This document shows, in pieces, positions 31,001 to 38,737 of a stretch of DNA of 64,000 nucleotides. Position 1 is the first letter of the stretch. The number at the start of each line of letters is the position of its first letter. A program made the translations under genes and the position numbers. Source of the DNA: Candidatus Latescibacterota bacterium (GTDB lineage Bacteria; Latescibacterota; UBA2968; GCA-2709665); assembly GCA_965208835.1 (NCBI GenBank), contig OZ242358.1, positions 928,001 to 992,000 on the forward strand, read 5' to 3'. The notes under the pieces are model-generated. The model searched no databases. It was not told the origin of the DNA and saw only the letters and a program-made list of their open reading frames with translations.

Positions 31001-34000
31001 GTCTCCGGGCTTTATGATTTGCAGCACCGGTTTCGAAGCGTCCAGACTCACAGTCACAGTAAACTGGTCCGCCGCGGTATTGCCGCTGCCCACGGCATCT
31101 CTGGCAGCGTTCGCGGCCACGTCCACCGTCACCAATCCGGTTGCAGCGGGCGTGATTGTGGCGCCGTAGCTGTCTCCTGAACCGGAAAAAGCCGACACGG
31201 TCCCTTTGCCCACTTTCACGTCCCCCTGCCCAAACTGGACCACAGACTCCGAGAATGTGATGCTCACGTTAAATGCGCCGGTCTGCGTCGCAGCAGGGCC
31301 CGTGATGCTGACGGACGGACGATCCACGTCCACCTGAACGGAGAATCGGGTTGCTGCCGTGTTGCCGTTTCCCGCCGCATCCCTGGCCACTCGCGCCGCG
31401 ACGTCCGCCGTTACCGCTCCGGTGGCGGCCGGCGTGATGGTGGCGGTGTATCTGTTGCCCGAACCGGAGAAAGCCGTCACGGACCCGTTGCCGACTGTAA
31501 CATCCCCTTGTTCGAATCCGGTGATGTCCTCCGAGAAGCTGATCGTTGCGTCGAACGGACCGTTCTGAGCATCACTCGGCCCCGCGATGCCGACCGATGG
31601 CGCTTCCAGGTCAGCCCGCACCGAAAATTGGACCGCCGCCTCGTTGCCGTTGCCCGCGGCGCCAGCGGCAACGTCTGCCGGCACATCCACAGTCACCGTG
31701 CCGGTGGCTGCCGGCGTGATGGTTGCGGTATAGCTGCCTCCCGAACCGGTGAGAGCCGTCACGGACCCGTTGCCGACTGTCACATCGCCCTGCAAGAACC
31801 CGTTGACGGATTCCGAGAAGGTGATCCTCACGTCAAATGCACCGTTCTGAGCATCCGCCGGGCCTGCAATGGTGACAGCCACTGCCTCTGTCACCGTGAT
31901 CGTAAAGGTCCCCGTCACGGCTGCGTTAACGCCGTCGCTGGCCGAAACCGTGACGGTGTAGTCCTGCGCGGTTGCGTCGGCGGAGATCGTGCCCTGCAAC
32001 AGGGCGTCCGTGTAGGACAAGCCCGACGGCAGGCCCGATACCGTCAGGGTCACCTCGTCACCGTCGACGTCGGTCACCTTGAAATCGATCGCGGTGATCG
32101 TCTCCCCCTGCTCGTACGTCTTGTCGCCCGGCAACGTTATCTCCGGAAGCCTGTTCGCAGGCGGCGTGCCGGCCGCCGCTGTGACCGTGATCACGAAAGA
32201 AGCCGTCACCGCCGCGTTCACGCCGTCACTGGCCGAAACCGTGACGGTGTAGTCCTGCGCGGTTGCGTCGGCGGAGACCGTGCCCTGCAACAGGGCGTCC
32301 GTGTAGGACAGTCCGGAGGCCAGGCCCGACACGGTTGTGGTCACCTCGTCACCGTCGACGTCGGTCACCTTGAAGTCGATCGCGGTGATCGTCTCCCCTT
32401 GCTCGTACGTCTTGTCACCCGGCACCGTGATCTCCGGAGGGCTGTTCGGCGGCGCCGTGGTCACGGGCTCGGTCACGGTGATCGTGAAGAACCCCGTGAC
32501 TGCGGCGTTCACGCCGTCACTGGCGGAGACCGTGACCGTGTAATCCTGCGCCGCCGCATCGGCGGACACCGTGCCTTGCAGGAGCGAGTTCGTGTAGGAC
32601 AACCCGGAAGGCAGCCCCGACACGGTTGTGGTCACCTCGTCACCGTCAACGTCGGTGACCTTGAAGTCGATCGCAGCGATGGTCTCGCCCTGCTCGTAGG
32701 TCTTGTTTCCCGGTACCGAGATCTCCGGAGGGCTGTTCGCCGGCGGCGTGGTCGCGGGCTCGGTCACGGTGATGGTGAAGGACCCGGTGACTGCCGCGTT
32801 CACGCCGTCATTGGCCGAGACCGTGACGGTGTAGTCCTGGGCCGTTGCGCCGGCGGAGACCGTGCCCTGCACCAGGGAGTTCGTGTAGGACAGCCCGGAT
32901 GGCAGCCCGGACACCGTTGTGGTCACCTCGTCACCGTCTTCATCGGTCACCTTGAAGTCGATCGCGGTGATCGTCTCTCCCTGCTCGTACGTCTTGTCGC
33001 CCGGCACCGTGATCACCGGAGGCCTGTTCGCAGGCGGCGTGCTGGCCGACGCTGTGACCGTGATGGTGAAGGACCCGGTGACTGCCGCGTTCACGCCGTC
33101 ATTGGCCGAAACCGCGACGGTGTAGTCCTGCGCGGTTGCGCTGGAGGAGACCGTGCCCTGCACCAGTGAGTTCGTGTAGGCCAGCCCGGAGGGCAGCCCG
33201 GACACCGTTGTGGTCACCTCGTCACCGTCTTCATCGGTGACCTTGAAGTCGATCGCGGTGATCGTCTCTCCCTGCTCGTACGTCTTGTCGCCCGGCACCG
33301 TGATCACCGGAGGCCTGTTCGCAGGCGGCGTGCTGGCCGACGCTGTGACCGTGATGGTGAAGGACCCGGTGACTGCCGCGTTCACGCCGTCGTCGGCGGA
33401 GACCGTGACGGTGTAGTCCTGGGCCGCCGCGCTGGCGGACACGGTACCCTGCACGATGCCGCTGGTGTAAGACAACCCGGACGGCAGGCCAGACATTGTC
33501 AGCCTCACCGGGTCGCCGTCCGCGTCGCTCACAGTGGGCCAGAAAGCCTTGATCGTCTCTCCCCGCTCATACGTCTTGTCGCCCGGGACCGAGATCTGCG
33601 GCGGACTGTTCGCCGGCGGCGTGGTCGCGGGCTCGGTCACGGTGATGGTGAAGGACCCCGTCACGGCGGCGTTCACGCCGTCATTGGCCGAAACGGTGAC
33701 GGTGTAGTCCTGGGCGGTTGCGCTGGCGGAGACCGTGCCCTGCAGGAGAGAGTTCGTGTAGGACAGCCCGGATGGCAGCCCCGACACGGTTGTGGTGACC
33801 TCGTCACCGTCAACGTCGGTGACCTTGAAGTCGATCGCGGTGATCGTCTGGCCCTGCTCGTACGTCTTGTCGCCCGGCACGGTTATCTCCGGCGCCGAGT
33901 TCGGCACCGTAACCGTGATGGTGAAGGTCCCCGTCACGGCGGCGTTCACGCCGTCGTCGGCGGAGACCGTGACGGTGTAGTCCTGCGCCGCCGCGCTGGC

Positions 34001-35728
34001 GGAGACCGTGCCCTGCACCAGGGAGTTCGTGTAGGACAGCCCGGATGTTGTGGTGACCTCGTCACCGTCTTCATCGGTCACCTTGAAGTCGATCGCGGTG
34101 ATCGTCTGGCCCTGTTCGTACGTCTTGTCGCCCGGCACCGAAATCTGCGGAGGGCTATTCGCCGGCGGCGTGGTCGCGGGCTCGGTCACGGTGATGGTGA
34201 AGGACCCGGTGACTGCCGCGTTCACGCCGTCATTGGCCGAGACCGTGACGGTGTAATCCTGCGCCGTCGCGCTGACGGAGACCGTGCCCTGCACCCGGGA
34301 ATTCGTGTAGGACAGTCCTGAGGGCAACCCGGACACCGTTGTGGTCACCTCGTCACCGTCAACGTCGGTGACCTTGAAGTCGATCGCGGTGATCGTCTGG
34401 CCCTGCTCGTACGTCTTGTCGCCCGGCACGATTATCTCCGGCGCCGAGTTCGGCACCGTAACCGTGATGGTGAAGGACCCCGTTACGGCCGCGTTCACGC
34501 CGTCATCGGCGGAGACCGTGACGGTGTAGTCCTGCGCCGTCGCGCTGACGGAGACCGTGCCCTGCACCAGGGAGTTCGTGTAGGACAGTCCTGAGGGCAA
34601 CCCGGACACCGTTGTGGTCACCTCGTCACCGTCAACGTCGGTGACCTTGAAATCGATCGCAGTGATGGTCTCTCCCTGCTCGTACGTCTTGTCGCCCGGC
34701 ACCGAGATCTGCGGAGGGCTGTTCGCCGGCGGCGTGGTCGCGGGCTCGGTCACGGTGATGGTGAAGGACCCCGTCACGGCGGCGTTCACGCCGTCATTGG
34801 CCGAAACCGAGACGGTGTAGTCCTGCGCCGTCGCGCTGACGGAGACCGTGCCCTGCACCAGTGAGTTCGTGTAGGACAGCCCGGAGGGCAGCCCGGACAC
34901 CGTTGTGGTGACCTCGTCACCGTCTTCATCGGTGACCTTGAAATCGATCGCGGTGATCGTCTGGCCCTGCTCGTACGTCTTATTGCCCGGCACCGAAATC
35001 TGCGGAGGGCTGTTCGCCGGCGGCGTGGTCGCGGGCTCGGTCACGGTGATGGTGAAGGACCCCGTGACCGTCGCGTTCACCCCGTCGCTGGCCGAGACCG
35101 TGACGGTGTAGTCCTGCGCGGTTGCGCTGACGGAGACCGTGCCCTGCACTAGGGAGTTCGTGTAGGACAGCCCGGAGGGCAGCCCGGACACCGTTGTGGT
35201 GACCTCGTCACCGTCGAGGTCGGTGACCTTGAAGTCGATCGCGGTGATCGTCTCACCCTGCTCATACGTCTGGTTGCCCGGGATGGTTATCTCCGGCGCC
35301 GAGTTGGGCACCGTCACCGTGATGGTGAAGGTCCCAGTGACTGCGGCGTTCACGCCGTCATTGGCCGAAACCGAGACGGTGTAGTCCTGCGCCGTTGCGC
35401 TGGCGGAGACCGTGCCCTGCAGGAGGGAGTTCGTGTAGGACAAACCCGACGGCAGGCCCGACACCGTTGTGGTCACCTCGTCACCGTCGAGGTCGGTGAC
35501 CTTGAAGTCGATCGCGGTGATCGTCTGGCCCTGTTCGTATGTCTTGTCGCCCGGGACCGAGATCTCCGGCGGACTGTTCGCGGCCGCGCTGGTGGGAAGC
35601 GTCAACAGCATGACAGCTCCGAACAGGCACGCCAACACCCTGGCCCTGGAACGGCAAACCCGGGAGCGCTTCCGTATTGTTAACTGGTCTGAAAATTCCA
35701 AGAGACTTGCTGAACATCCAACGTGCAT
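25037..35728 (-). CDS. Giant adhesin (3563 aa): tandem putative-Ig (He_PIG-like) repeats, Ig-like, Calx-beta, cadherin-like and FN3 domains, autotransporter-like barrel
   Basis: About 13 tandem N-terminal NSPPxIxVPGDKTYEQG...SGLPSGLSY...FTITVT repeats; the C-terminal half is homologous to 12758..24118; ends in FRNF. Confidence 0.93.
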   Translation of the reverse strand: MHVGCSASLLEFSDQLTIRKRSRVCRSRARVLACLFGAVMLLTLPTSAAANSPPEISVPGDKTYEQGQTITAIDFKVTDLDGDEVTTTVSGLPSGLSYTNSLLQGTVSASATAQDYTVSVSANDGVNAAVTGTFTITVTVPNSAPEITIPGNQTYEQGETITAIDFKVTDLDGDEVTTTVSGLPSGLSYTNSLVQGTVSVSATAQDYTVTVSASDGVNATVTGSFTITVTEPATTPPANSPPQISVPGNKTYEQGQTITAIDFKVTDEDGDEVTTTVSGLPSGLSYTNSLVQGTVSVSATAQDYTVSVSANDGVNAAVTGSFTITVTEPATTPPANSPPQISVPGDKTYEQGETITAIDFKVTDVDGDEVTTTVSGLPSGLSYTNSLVQGTVSVSATAQDYTVTVSADDGVNAAVTGSFTITVTVPNSAPEIIVPGDKTYEQGQTITAIDFKVTDVDGDEVTTTVSGLPSGLSYTNSRVQGTVSVSATAQDYTVTVSANDGVNAAVTGSFTITVTEPATTPPANSPPQISVPGDKTYEQGQTITAIDFKVTDEDGDEVTTTSGLSYTNSLVQGTVSASAAAQDYTVTVSADDGVNAAVTGTFTITVTVPNSAPEITVPGDKTYEQGQTITAIDFKVTDVDGDEVTTTVSGLPSGLSYTNSLLQGTVSASATAQDYTVTVSANDGVNAAVTGSFTITVTEPATTPPANSPPQISVPGDKTYERGETIKAFWPTVSDADGDPVRLTMSGLPSGLSYTSGIVQGTVSASAAAQDYTVTVSADDGVNAAVTGSFTITVTASASTPPANRPPVITVPGDKTYEQGETITAIDFKVTDEDGDEVTTTVSGLPSGLAYTNSLVQGTVSSSATAQDYTVAVSANDGVNAAVTGSFTITVTASASTPPANRPPVITVPGDKTYEQGETITAIDFKVTDEDGDEVTTTVSGLPSGLSYTNSLVQGTVSAGATAQDYTVTVSANDGVNAAVTGSFTITVTEPATTPPANSPPEISVPGNKTYEQGETIAAIDFKVTDVDGDEVTTTVSGLPSGLSYTNSLLQGTVSADAAAQDYTVTVSASDGVNAAVTGFFTITVTEPVTTAPPNSPPEITVPGDKTYEQGETITAIDFKVTDVDGDEVTTTVSGLASGLSYTDALLQGTVSADATAQDYTVTVSASDGVNAAVTASFVITVTAAAGTPPANRLPEITLPGDKTYEQGETITAIDFKVTDVDGDEVTLTVSGLPSGLSYTDALLQGTISADATAQDYTVTVSASDGVNAAVTGTFTITVTEAVAVTIAGPADAQNGAFDVRITFSESVNGFLQGDVTVGNGSVTALTGSGGSYTATITPAATGTVTVDVPADVAAGAAGNGNEAAVQFSVRADLEAPSVGIAGPSDAQNGPFDATISFSEDITGFEQGDVTVGNGSVTAFSGSGNRYTATITPAATGAVTADVAARVARDAAGNGNTAATRFSVQVDVDRPSVSITGPAATQTGAFNVSITFSESVVQFGQGDVKVGKGTVSAFSGSGDSYGATITPAATGLVTVDVAANAARDAVGSGNTAADQFTVTVSLDASKPVLQIIKPGDKTYAQGETITSFGIPVINTGVGESPGGAKRAFGNADPVTPFEDNLPTVTVGGLPSGLSYTSRKVGGTVSADATVQTYTVDIKAANVNGQLDDTTFRITVTASSEVTVSDATAAEGEALSFMVKLGNAVPGGLTVTPVFAAGTASVDEDYTPDTTPLSFTGKAGEEQTFTVQTIEDEVVEAAETFAVSLAVSGTTAKVTGTGTATGTITDDDAGGVSAPTLTLSDATAIEGEALSFTVRLARAVQGGLTVTPLFGDVTATAGVDYTENTSSLSFIGAADEARTFTVSTIEDEAEEEDETFTLSLAVSDAPSGVSAGNATGTITDDDGSRIAPGNYDGGTVYVSVHEPEDPVEEGLIVELPVRITESVEGTVRVPWYTLGAALGSKLSVAESESKHEHEPSSGTATLAAGQTETTIEIIILDDEEHEDLERFQIALGKPTVASEVTRKVSVSQRTATVTILDNDAPPVFDEGDTATRSVVENTPPGTAIGGPFLATDAEDDPLSYTLAGADAPVFTLDPATGQLRTREPLDFETRNSYDGLTVTVDDGHSHTDVLSLTVHVTDTSPPDAPRAPTVVRSSTDPESSLDVIWNPPADNGAPVTDYDVRYREAGTTAWREHAFEGAGVGATLTTLKWASTFEVQVRAKNAEGAGEWSDSGRGSTLDPSVPRETVTTLSAGATEGAALTFAVTLNRAVQGGLTVTPRFSDGTATRGTGYTAKVSPRFNDRTATRGTDYTANATGMRFEGTKGERHTFDVTTIQDEIVEYNEKFTVRLDISGTSASGLTAGAATGTITDDDTGTVSTGSRKASEGDGLTFRVTLNQAVQGGLTVTPVFKDGTATAGIDYTANTAPLTFAGTAREAHTFTVATKEDEAVEENETFTVSLRVSDAPSGVTVGNPVTGTIIDDDGGTVGGNPTVASKDANAPEGDGMTFRVTLNRAVQGGLTLTPVFSDGTATSGIDYTADTAPLTFTGVAGEAHTFTVATTEDDAVEENETFTVSLQVSDAPSGVTAGKPVTGTIIDDDGRNESPDFDDAGHATTRAVAENTPAGGPVGEPVSATDANGDTLSYTLSGSDAFAIDTETGQITVSEGASLDYEAGPLSYAVTVTVNDGRDGNDIIEVAISITDVAEPPAAPGAPRVTGASLSSVQVHWRAPENTGPAVSDYDVQYRKQDAANWTYHAFTGTKNTSEIQGLEPGANYEVQVRAKNAEGAGAWSEPGSGRTRVNTAPVAVDDVVTVFRGRRATSLSTGDTRDVTRNPSATPPEDFDIPEPEAGAKIAPLANSSSATETDDGHISVLANDVDAEDDWSLLTAILVEAPLHGTLKLYENGTFVYTHDGSRAAEDRFTYRVMDSRGAGSDEATVTILITGVNLGPSVTGTIPDQVLTMGANGRVDLTGLFTDPDGDPLAYEASSDNGIIKLSLVDGVITLTPVAVSTARVTVTARDPYGLSAKLSFAVAVENAQTNRARTLELSLAALGRTVVSQAVDAIAGRFESTSRALRATLDGGRLVLGQAFNAMEWVHVAARLFGIPLDAHASRSAIATAAPAGLPGVTSDPDAARPTLKAPSGRSILTRSSFRMAMDRTGSAENGWTLWGRGAGSRYAGDAQSDNRMDGRVTAAYVGADYHWSSKLTLGVAASYSDGLQDFDNAGESTGKWQTRLASLRPYLHWSPTGKLGLWGMLGFGRGDAELNSGYGGPLVGTGSSTVETDISSRSAALGGRMDLTRVGNVDLALTADAFAVTTVSEAVAGLRATTGDARRVRMMVNGSTGWLVTPDSRMDLSLALGARVDGGDVEAGLGAELSGALSLSNRRIGLDVEVRSHWLAAHRDRDFREGGLSLALRLDPGADRKGLNLALTPAWGENAARGVESLWNGERMMAYRNESNGQEGLDWRPKRTRATLGYGLDPWGGRGRLEPFVELDVEDLGLHRFGGGLRVNVPGASNGSAGALTRDLQLELLGEFRPPGHNFGSTASRAGVGTPDYRVGLTLFRNF
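31880..35580 (-). repeat. Tandem ~273-291-bp putative-Ig repeats
   Basis: Recurrent shadow ORFs at 32337-35469 with 258-291 bp spacing; boundaries approximate. Confidence 0.88.
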
Positions 35729-35799
35729 CGGCCCACTCCGTTTGGCAATGGATGATTGCAGCCCGCGAGGGCCGGCGGATTTATCGTTCCGTCATCGCA

Positions 35800-35816
35800 A
35801 GCACAAGCCGTGCCAA
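35800..35816 (-). promoter_or_regulatory. Sigma54 -24/-12 promoter of adhesin 2
   Basis: TTGGCACGGCTTGTGCT (GG-N10-GC), at an equivalent position to the adhesin 1 promoter. Confidence 0.75.
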
Positions 35817-35993
35817 AGCCGTCGGATATTCTCAAGTCTCTTTAAACAAGGAACTTATGAACATTTCTTCGCAGAGCAGCCAGGAGTCGATATCGTTTCA
35901 AAATGGAACGAAGGCGCAGCGATTACGCCAGTCGTAGTCCGCACAAGATAAATAAATACAGTTAGTTATACAGAAATCCATCTGGCCCCACAC

Positions 35994-36023
35994 AAATCGA
36001 AACACGAGTCTCAATTTGAGACA
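35994..36023. promoter_or_regulatory. Palindromic UAS upstream of adhesin 2
   Basis: ...GAAACACGAGTCTCAATTTGAGACA; the core palindrome starts 192 bp from the -24 end of the promoter, exactly as for adhesin 1. Confidence 0.7.
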
Positions 36024-36409
36024 AACAACAACCGGAAGAATGAACCCTGACAGAAAGCAGGACAACCAGACCGGTCACTCGAGTGCGTGCCCGGCCGGCC
36101 CGGGAACGTGAACATGATATCGCCTCCCTGTTCTCGCGAGTTGCGATCCCCACGGCACGGAGTTTCAGGTCCAAAAGCGTGGCTTTTCTTGTAACAGGTG
36201 AATACACAATGCTGTCTTCTCAGTTCAGGCCCATCGAGACGGGATTCGCCAGGTCCCTGACGAACGACCCGGCGCCGATCCAGAACGTATATATTAAATA
36301 AGTTATGTCTATTCGAAAAACGAGAAAAAGGGATCAAAATGACATATTGTTTATAGTATGTATATGAATCGACCATCAATCCGGCGGCGCACATGATTGA
36401 CAGCACCTG

Positions 36410-36472
36410 ATTCTCTTCAAGATAAAGCCCGGTGCAATCTCTGATTGCACCGGGCTTTATCTTGAAGAGAAT
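36410..36472. terminator. Perfect 30-bp inverted repeat, probable terminator of the kinase-activator-small protein operon
   Basis: ATTCTCTTCAAGATAAAGCCCGGTGCAATC-TCT-GATTGCACCGGGCTTTATCTTGAAGAGAAT. Confidence 0.65.
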
Positions 36473-36522
36473 GGCCGGACGACGCTTACATCCTCTCCCT
36501 TTCGGAATCGAGCCGGATCAGG

Positions 36523-36693
36523 TCAGGTCGGTGGTCCGGTTGCCTGAAGGAAGATCCACAGGACTCTCCATTTATGTTCCCTGCAGGGAGGAAATCGTTG
36601 TCCTTTTCGGACTACGATTCGATCCTTGCAGGGGCATAGGCCAAAGGCCCGGTAGGTCCCGGCGGTCTGACAGGTTTGTCCGGTTTTTGGCAT
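36523..36693 (-). CDS. 56-aa Cys/His small protein, YjzC-like (copy 1)
   Basis: MPKTGQTCQTAGTYRAFGLCPCKDRIVVRKGQRFPPCREHKWRVLW...; KTGxxxxxxGxY...GxxFPPC...W pattern; paralog at 42452. Confidence 0.75.
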   Translation of the reverse strand: MPKTGQTCQTAGTYRAFGLCPCKDRIVVRKGQRFPPCREHKWRVLWIFLQATGPPT

Positions 36694-36719
36694 CTCTATG
36701 TTCTTAATTCTGTACTGGT

Positions 36720-38615
36720 TCAACCACGGTCAATCAGGTTGTATTTCTTCAATTTCCGGTATAGCGTTGCGCGACCGAGACCGAGGGCTCGCGCCGCTTC
36801 GGTTACGTTGTTGTCCGACGCCTCGAGGGCGTTGACCAGCGCCTGCCGCTCGACTTCCGCCAGAGGGAGGACTGACGCCGGCGCCGCGCCGCCCTTTCCG
36901 GAATCTACAATTGGCGAGAGTTGCGGCGGCAGGTTATTCACCTGCAGAACGTCGGTTGTCTCCAGCAATACGGCGCGCTCGATGGCGTTCTCGAGTTCGC
37001 GAACGTTGCCCGGCCAATTGTACTGCAACAACAGGCGCAGCGCGGCAGTGGAAATACCACTGATGGATTTACCGTTGCTTTTCGTGTGCTTTTCGAGGAA
37101 GTGTTTCGCCAATAACGGGATATCTTCGCGGCGCTCCCGCAGCGGGGGAATCGCGATCGGGAAGACGGAAACGCGATAGAACAGGTCTTCCCGGAACCTG
37201 CCTGTCTTAACCGCATCCTCCAGGTCCTTGTTGGTGGCAGCGACCAGCCGGATGTCTACAGGGATCGGAGTCGTTGTTCCGACGCGCTGTATCTCCCGCT
37301 CCTGCAGGACGCGCAGCAATTTGGCCTGCAGGGCCAGGTCCATGTCTCCGATCTCGTCGAGGAAGACCGTTCCCCCCATCGCTCGTTCAAAGACACCGAT
37401 CCTCCGCCTCGTCGCCCCGGTAAAGGCGCCCTCTTCGTGTCCGAACAATTCACTTTCGATAAGGGCCTCCGGAATGGCGGCACAATTGACGGCCTGGAAC
37501 GCCCCCCCTTTCCTCAAGCTGTTGAAGTGAAAGGACTTGGCGACGAGTTCCTTACCGGTTCCGCTTTCGCCCTGAATAAGCACGGTGATATCGCTCTCGG
37601 CAGCCTGCTTCACCAGCGCGTATACCTGCTGCATCGGAGGGCTGGAGCCGACCATGCCTGAGAAGGAATACGTCGTCTTGAGTTCGGTGCGCAAACGAAG
37701 GACTTCGGCCTTCATTCGCTCCACCTGGATCTCTCTGGACACGTCGCGGTAAACGTAAAGATCGCCGATGATGTCCCCCTCGACGTCACTCACCGGGGCC
37801 ACGGACCGATAGAACAGGCGCTCGCTGGGCAAGTTGCCCGACTTGGCCCTTTCCACGATCTTACCCTTGCTTCCGAAGATGAACCTCCCCTCCATATCAG
37901 TCAGATCGGGTTCGCGGAATCTCTCATCGAACCGCTCGCTGAAGGCTTGTGGAGACATCTTCCTCAATTCGCTCTTCGTGACGTCCAGGACCCTTTCGTA
38001 CCGGCGATTGGCGAACACCAGGTTTCCGGTGACGTCGTACATGGCCAGGGCGTCACCGGTTGAATCGAGCACAGCTTCGAGGCGGTCATGACTGGTGGTC
38101 AGCTGCCGTCGTTTTTGCTCCAATTCCTGTTCTACATTCCACTTTCCGACCAGTGAAAGCGTTATCTGCTGGATTTCCTCGCGGGCAAAGGGCTTTCGGA
38201 TATAGAGAACCTTATGGAGCAACTCCATATCCTCGATAATTTCCACCAGCGTCTTGTCCGTGTAGGCCGTCATGATGACAACCTCAAGGTCGCGGTCGAC
38301 TTTTCTTACGCGGCGGATCGTCTGGATCCCGTCAATCCCCGGCGGCATTCTGATGTCCACGAATGCGACGGCAATCGGTCGGCCGGCATCCTTCTCCGCC
38401 TCAACAACCTCACAGGCCTCCTCACCGCTGTTCACGTGCAGAAGCTCGAATTCAGGAAGAAACGACTCGTTCTTTTGCTGCGTGAACGCTGACGCCAGCT
38501 CATCCGTAACGGTTTCCACGAATCGGGGTTTCAACATTTCCGCAAAGTCGTCGTGAATTTCCTTCTGGTCATCCACAATCAACACGCGACGATTCCTGAG
38601 ATTACTGAAATCCAT
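36720..38615 (-). CDS. Sigma54-dependent activator: REC-PAS-AAA+-Fis HTH
   Basis: Receiver VLIVDD...FVDIRMPPG...IRKPF; PAS; GESGTGKE; GAFTGA; WPGNVREL; [19 protein letters not shown]. Confidence 0.95.
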   Translation of the reverse strand: MDFSNLRNRRVLIVDDQKEIHDDFAEMLKPRFVETVTDELASAFTQQKNESFLPEFELLHVNSGEEACEVVEAEKDAGRPIAVAFVDIRMPPGIDGIQTIRRVRKVDRDLEVVIMTAYTDKTLVEIIEDMELLHKVLYIRKPFAREEIQQITLSLVGKWNVEQELEQKRRQLTTSHDRLEAVLDSTGDALAMYDVTGNLVFANRRYERVLDVTKSELRKMSPQAFSERFDERFREPDLTDMEGRFIFGSKGKIVERAKSGNLPSERLFYRSVAPVSDVEGDIIGDLYVYRDVSREIQVERMKAEVLRLRTELKTTYSFSGMVGSSPPMQQVYALVKQAAESDITVLIQGESGTGKELVAKSFHFNSLRKGGAFQAVNCAAIPEALIESELFGHEEGAFTGATRRRIGVFERAMGGTVFLDEIGDMDLALQAKLLRVLQEREIQRVGTTTPIPVDIRLVAATNKDLEDAVKTGRFREDLFYRVSVFPIAIPPLRERREDIPLLAKHFLEKHTKSNGKSISGISTAALRLLLQYNWPGNVRELENAIERAVLLETTDVLQVNNLPPQLSPIVDSGKGGAAPASVLPLAEVERQALVNALEASDNNVTEAARALGLGRATLYRKLKKYNLIDRG

Positions 38616-38737
38616 CGAATACCTCTGTAATTATCGTCCTGCGTTGCGTATCGTTCGGCCGCGGCAGCAGTTCCTGGTTACGGCGGCGACGCAACGTCTG
38701 CCGTGGTGTCCCATCACACGTGACTACCGGCGGTGAC

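Noticed and set aside
110-35470. Many plus-strand ORFs over the LRR and adhesin genes (e.g. 4524..5492, 8890..9972, 15653..16957, 31508..33169)
   Set aside because: Antisense shadows of high-GC repetitive genes; they only mirror the repeat period and show no independent motifs.
12758-35728. Diversity-generating retroelement or invertase shuffling of the adhesins/LRRs
   Set aside because: No reverse transcriptase, recombinase or adenine-specific template/variable repeat pair was seen in the window.
36590-36695. Repeat shared with 42520-42622, first considered a riboswitch
   Set aside because: The differences are synonymous or conservative in one frame and both copies give 56-aa ORFs, so it is better explained as coding.
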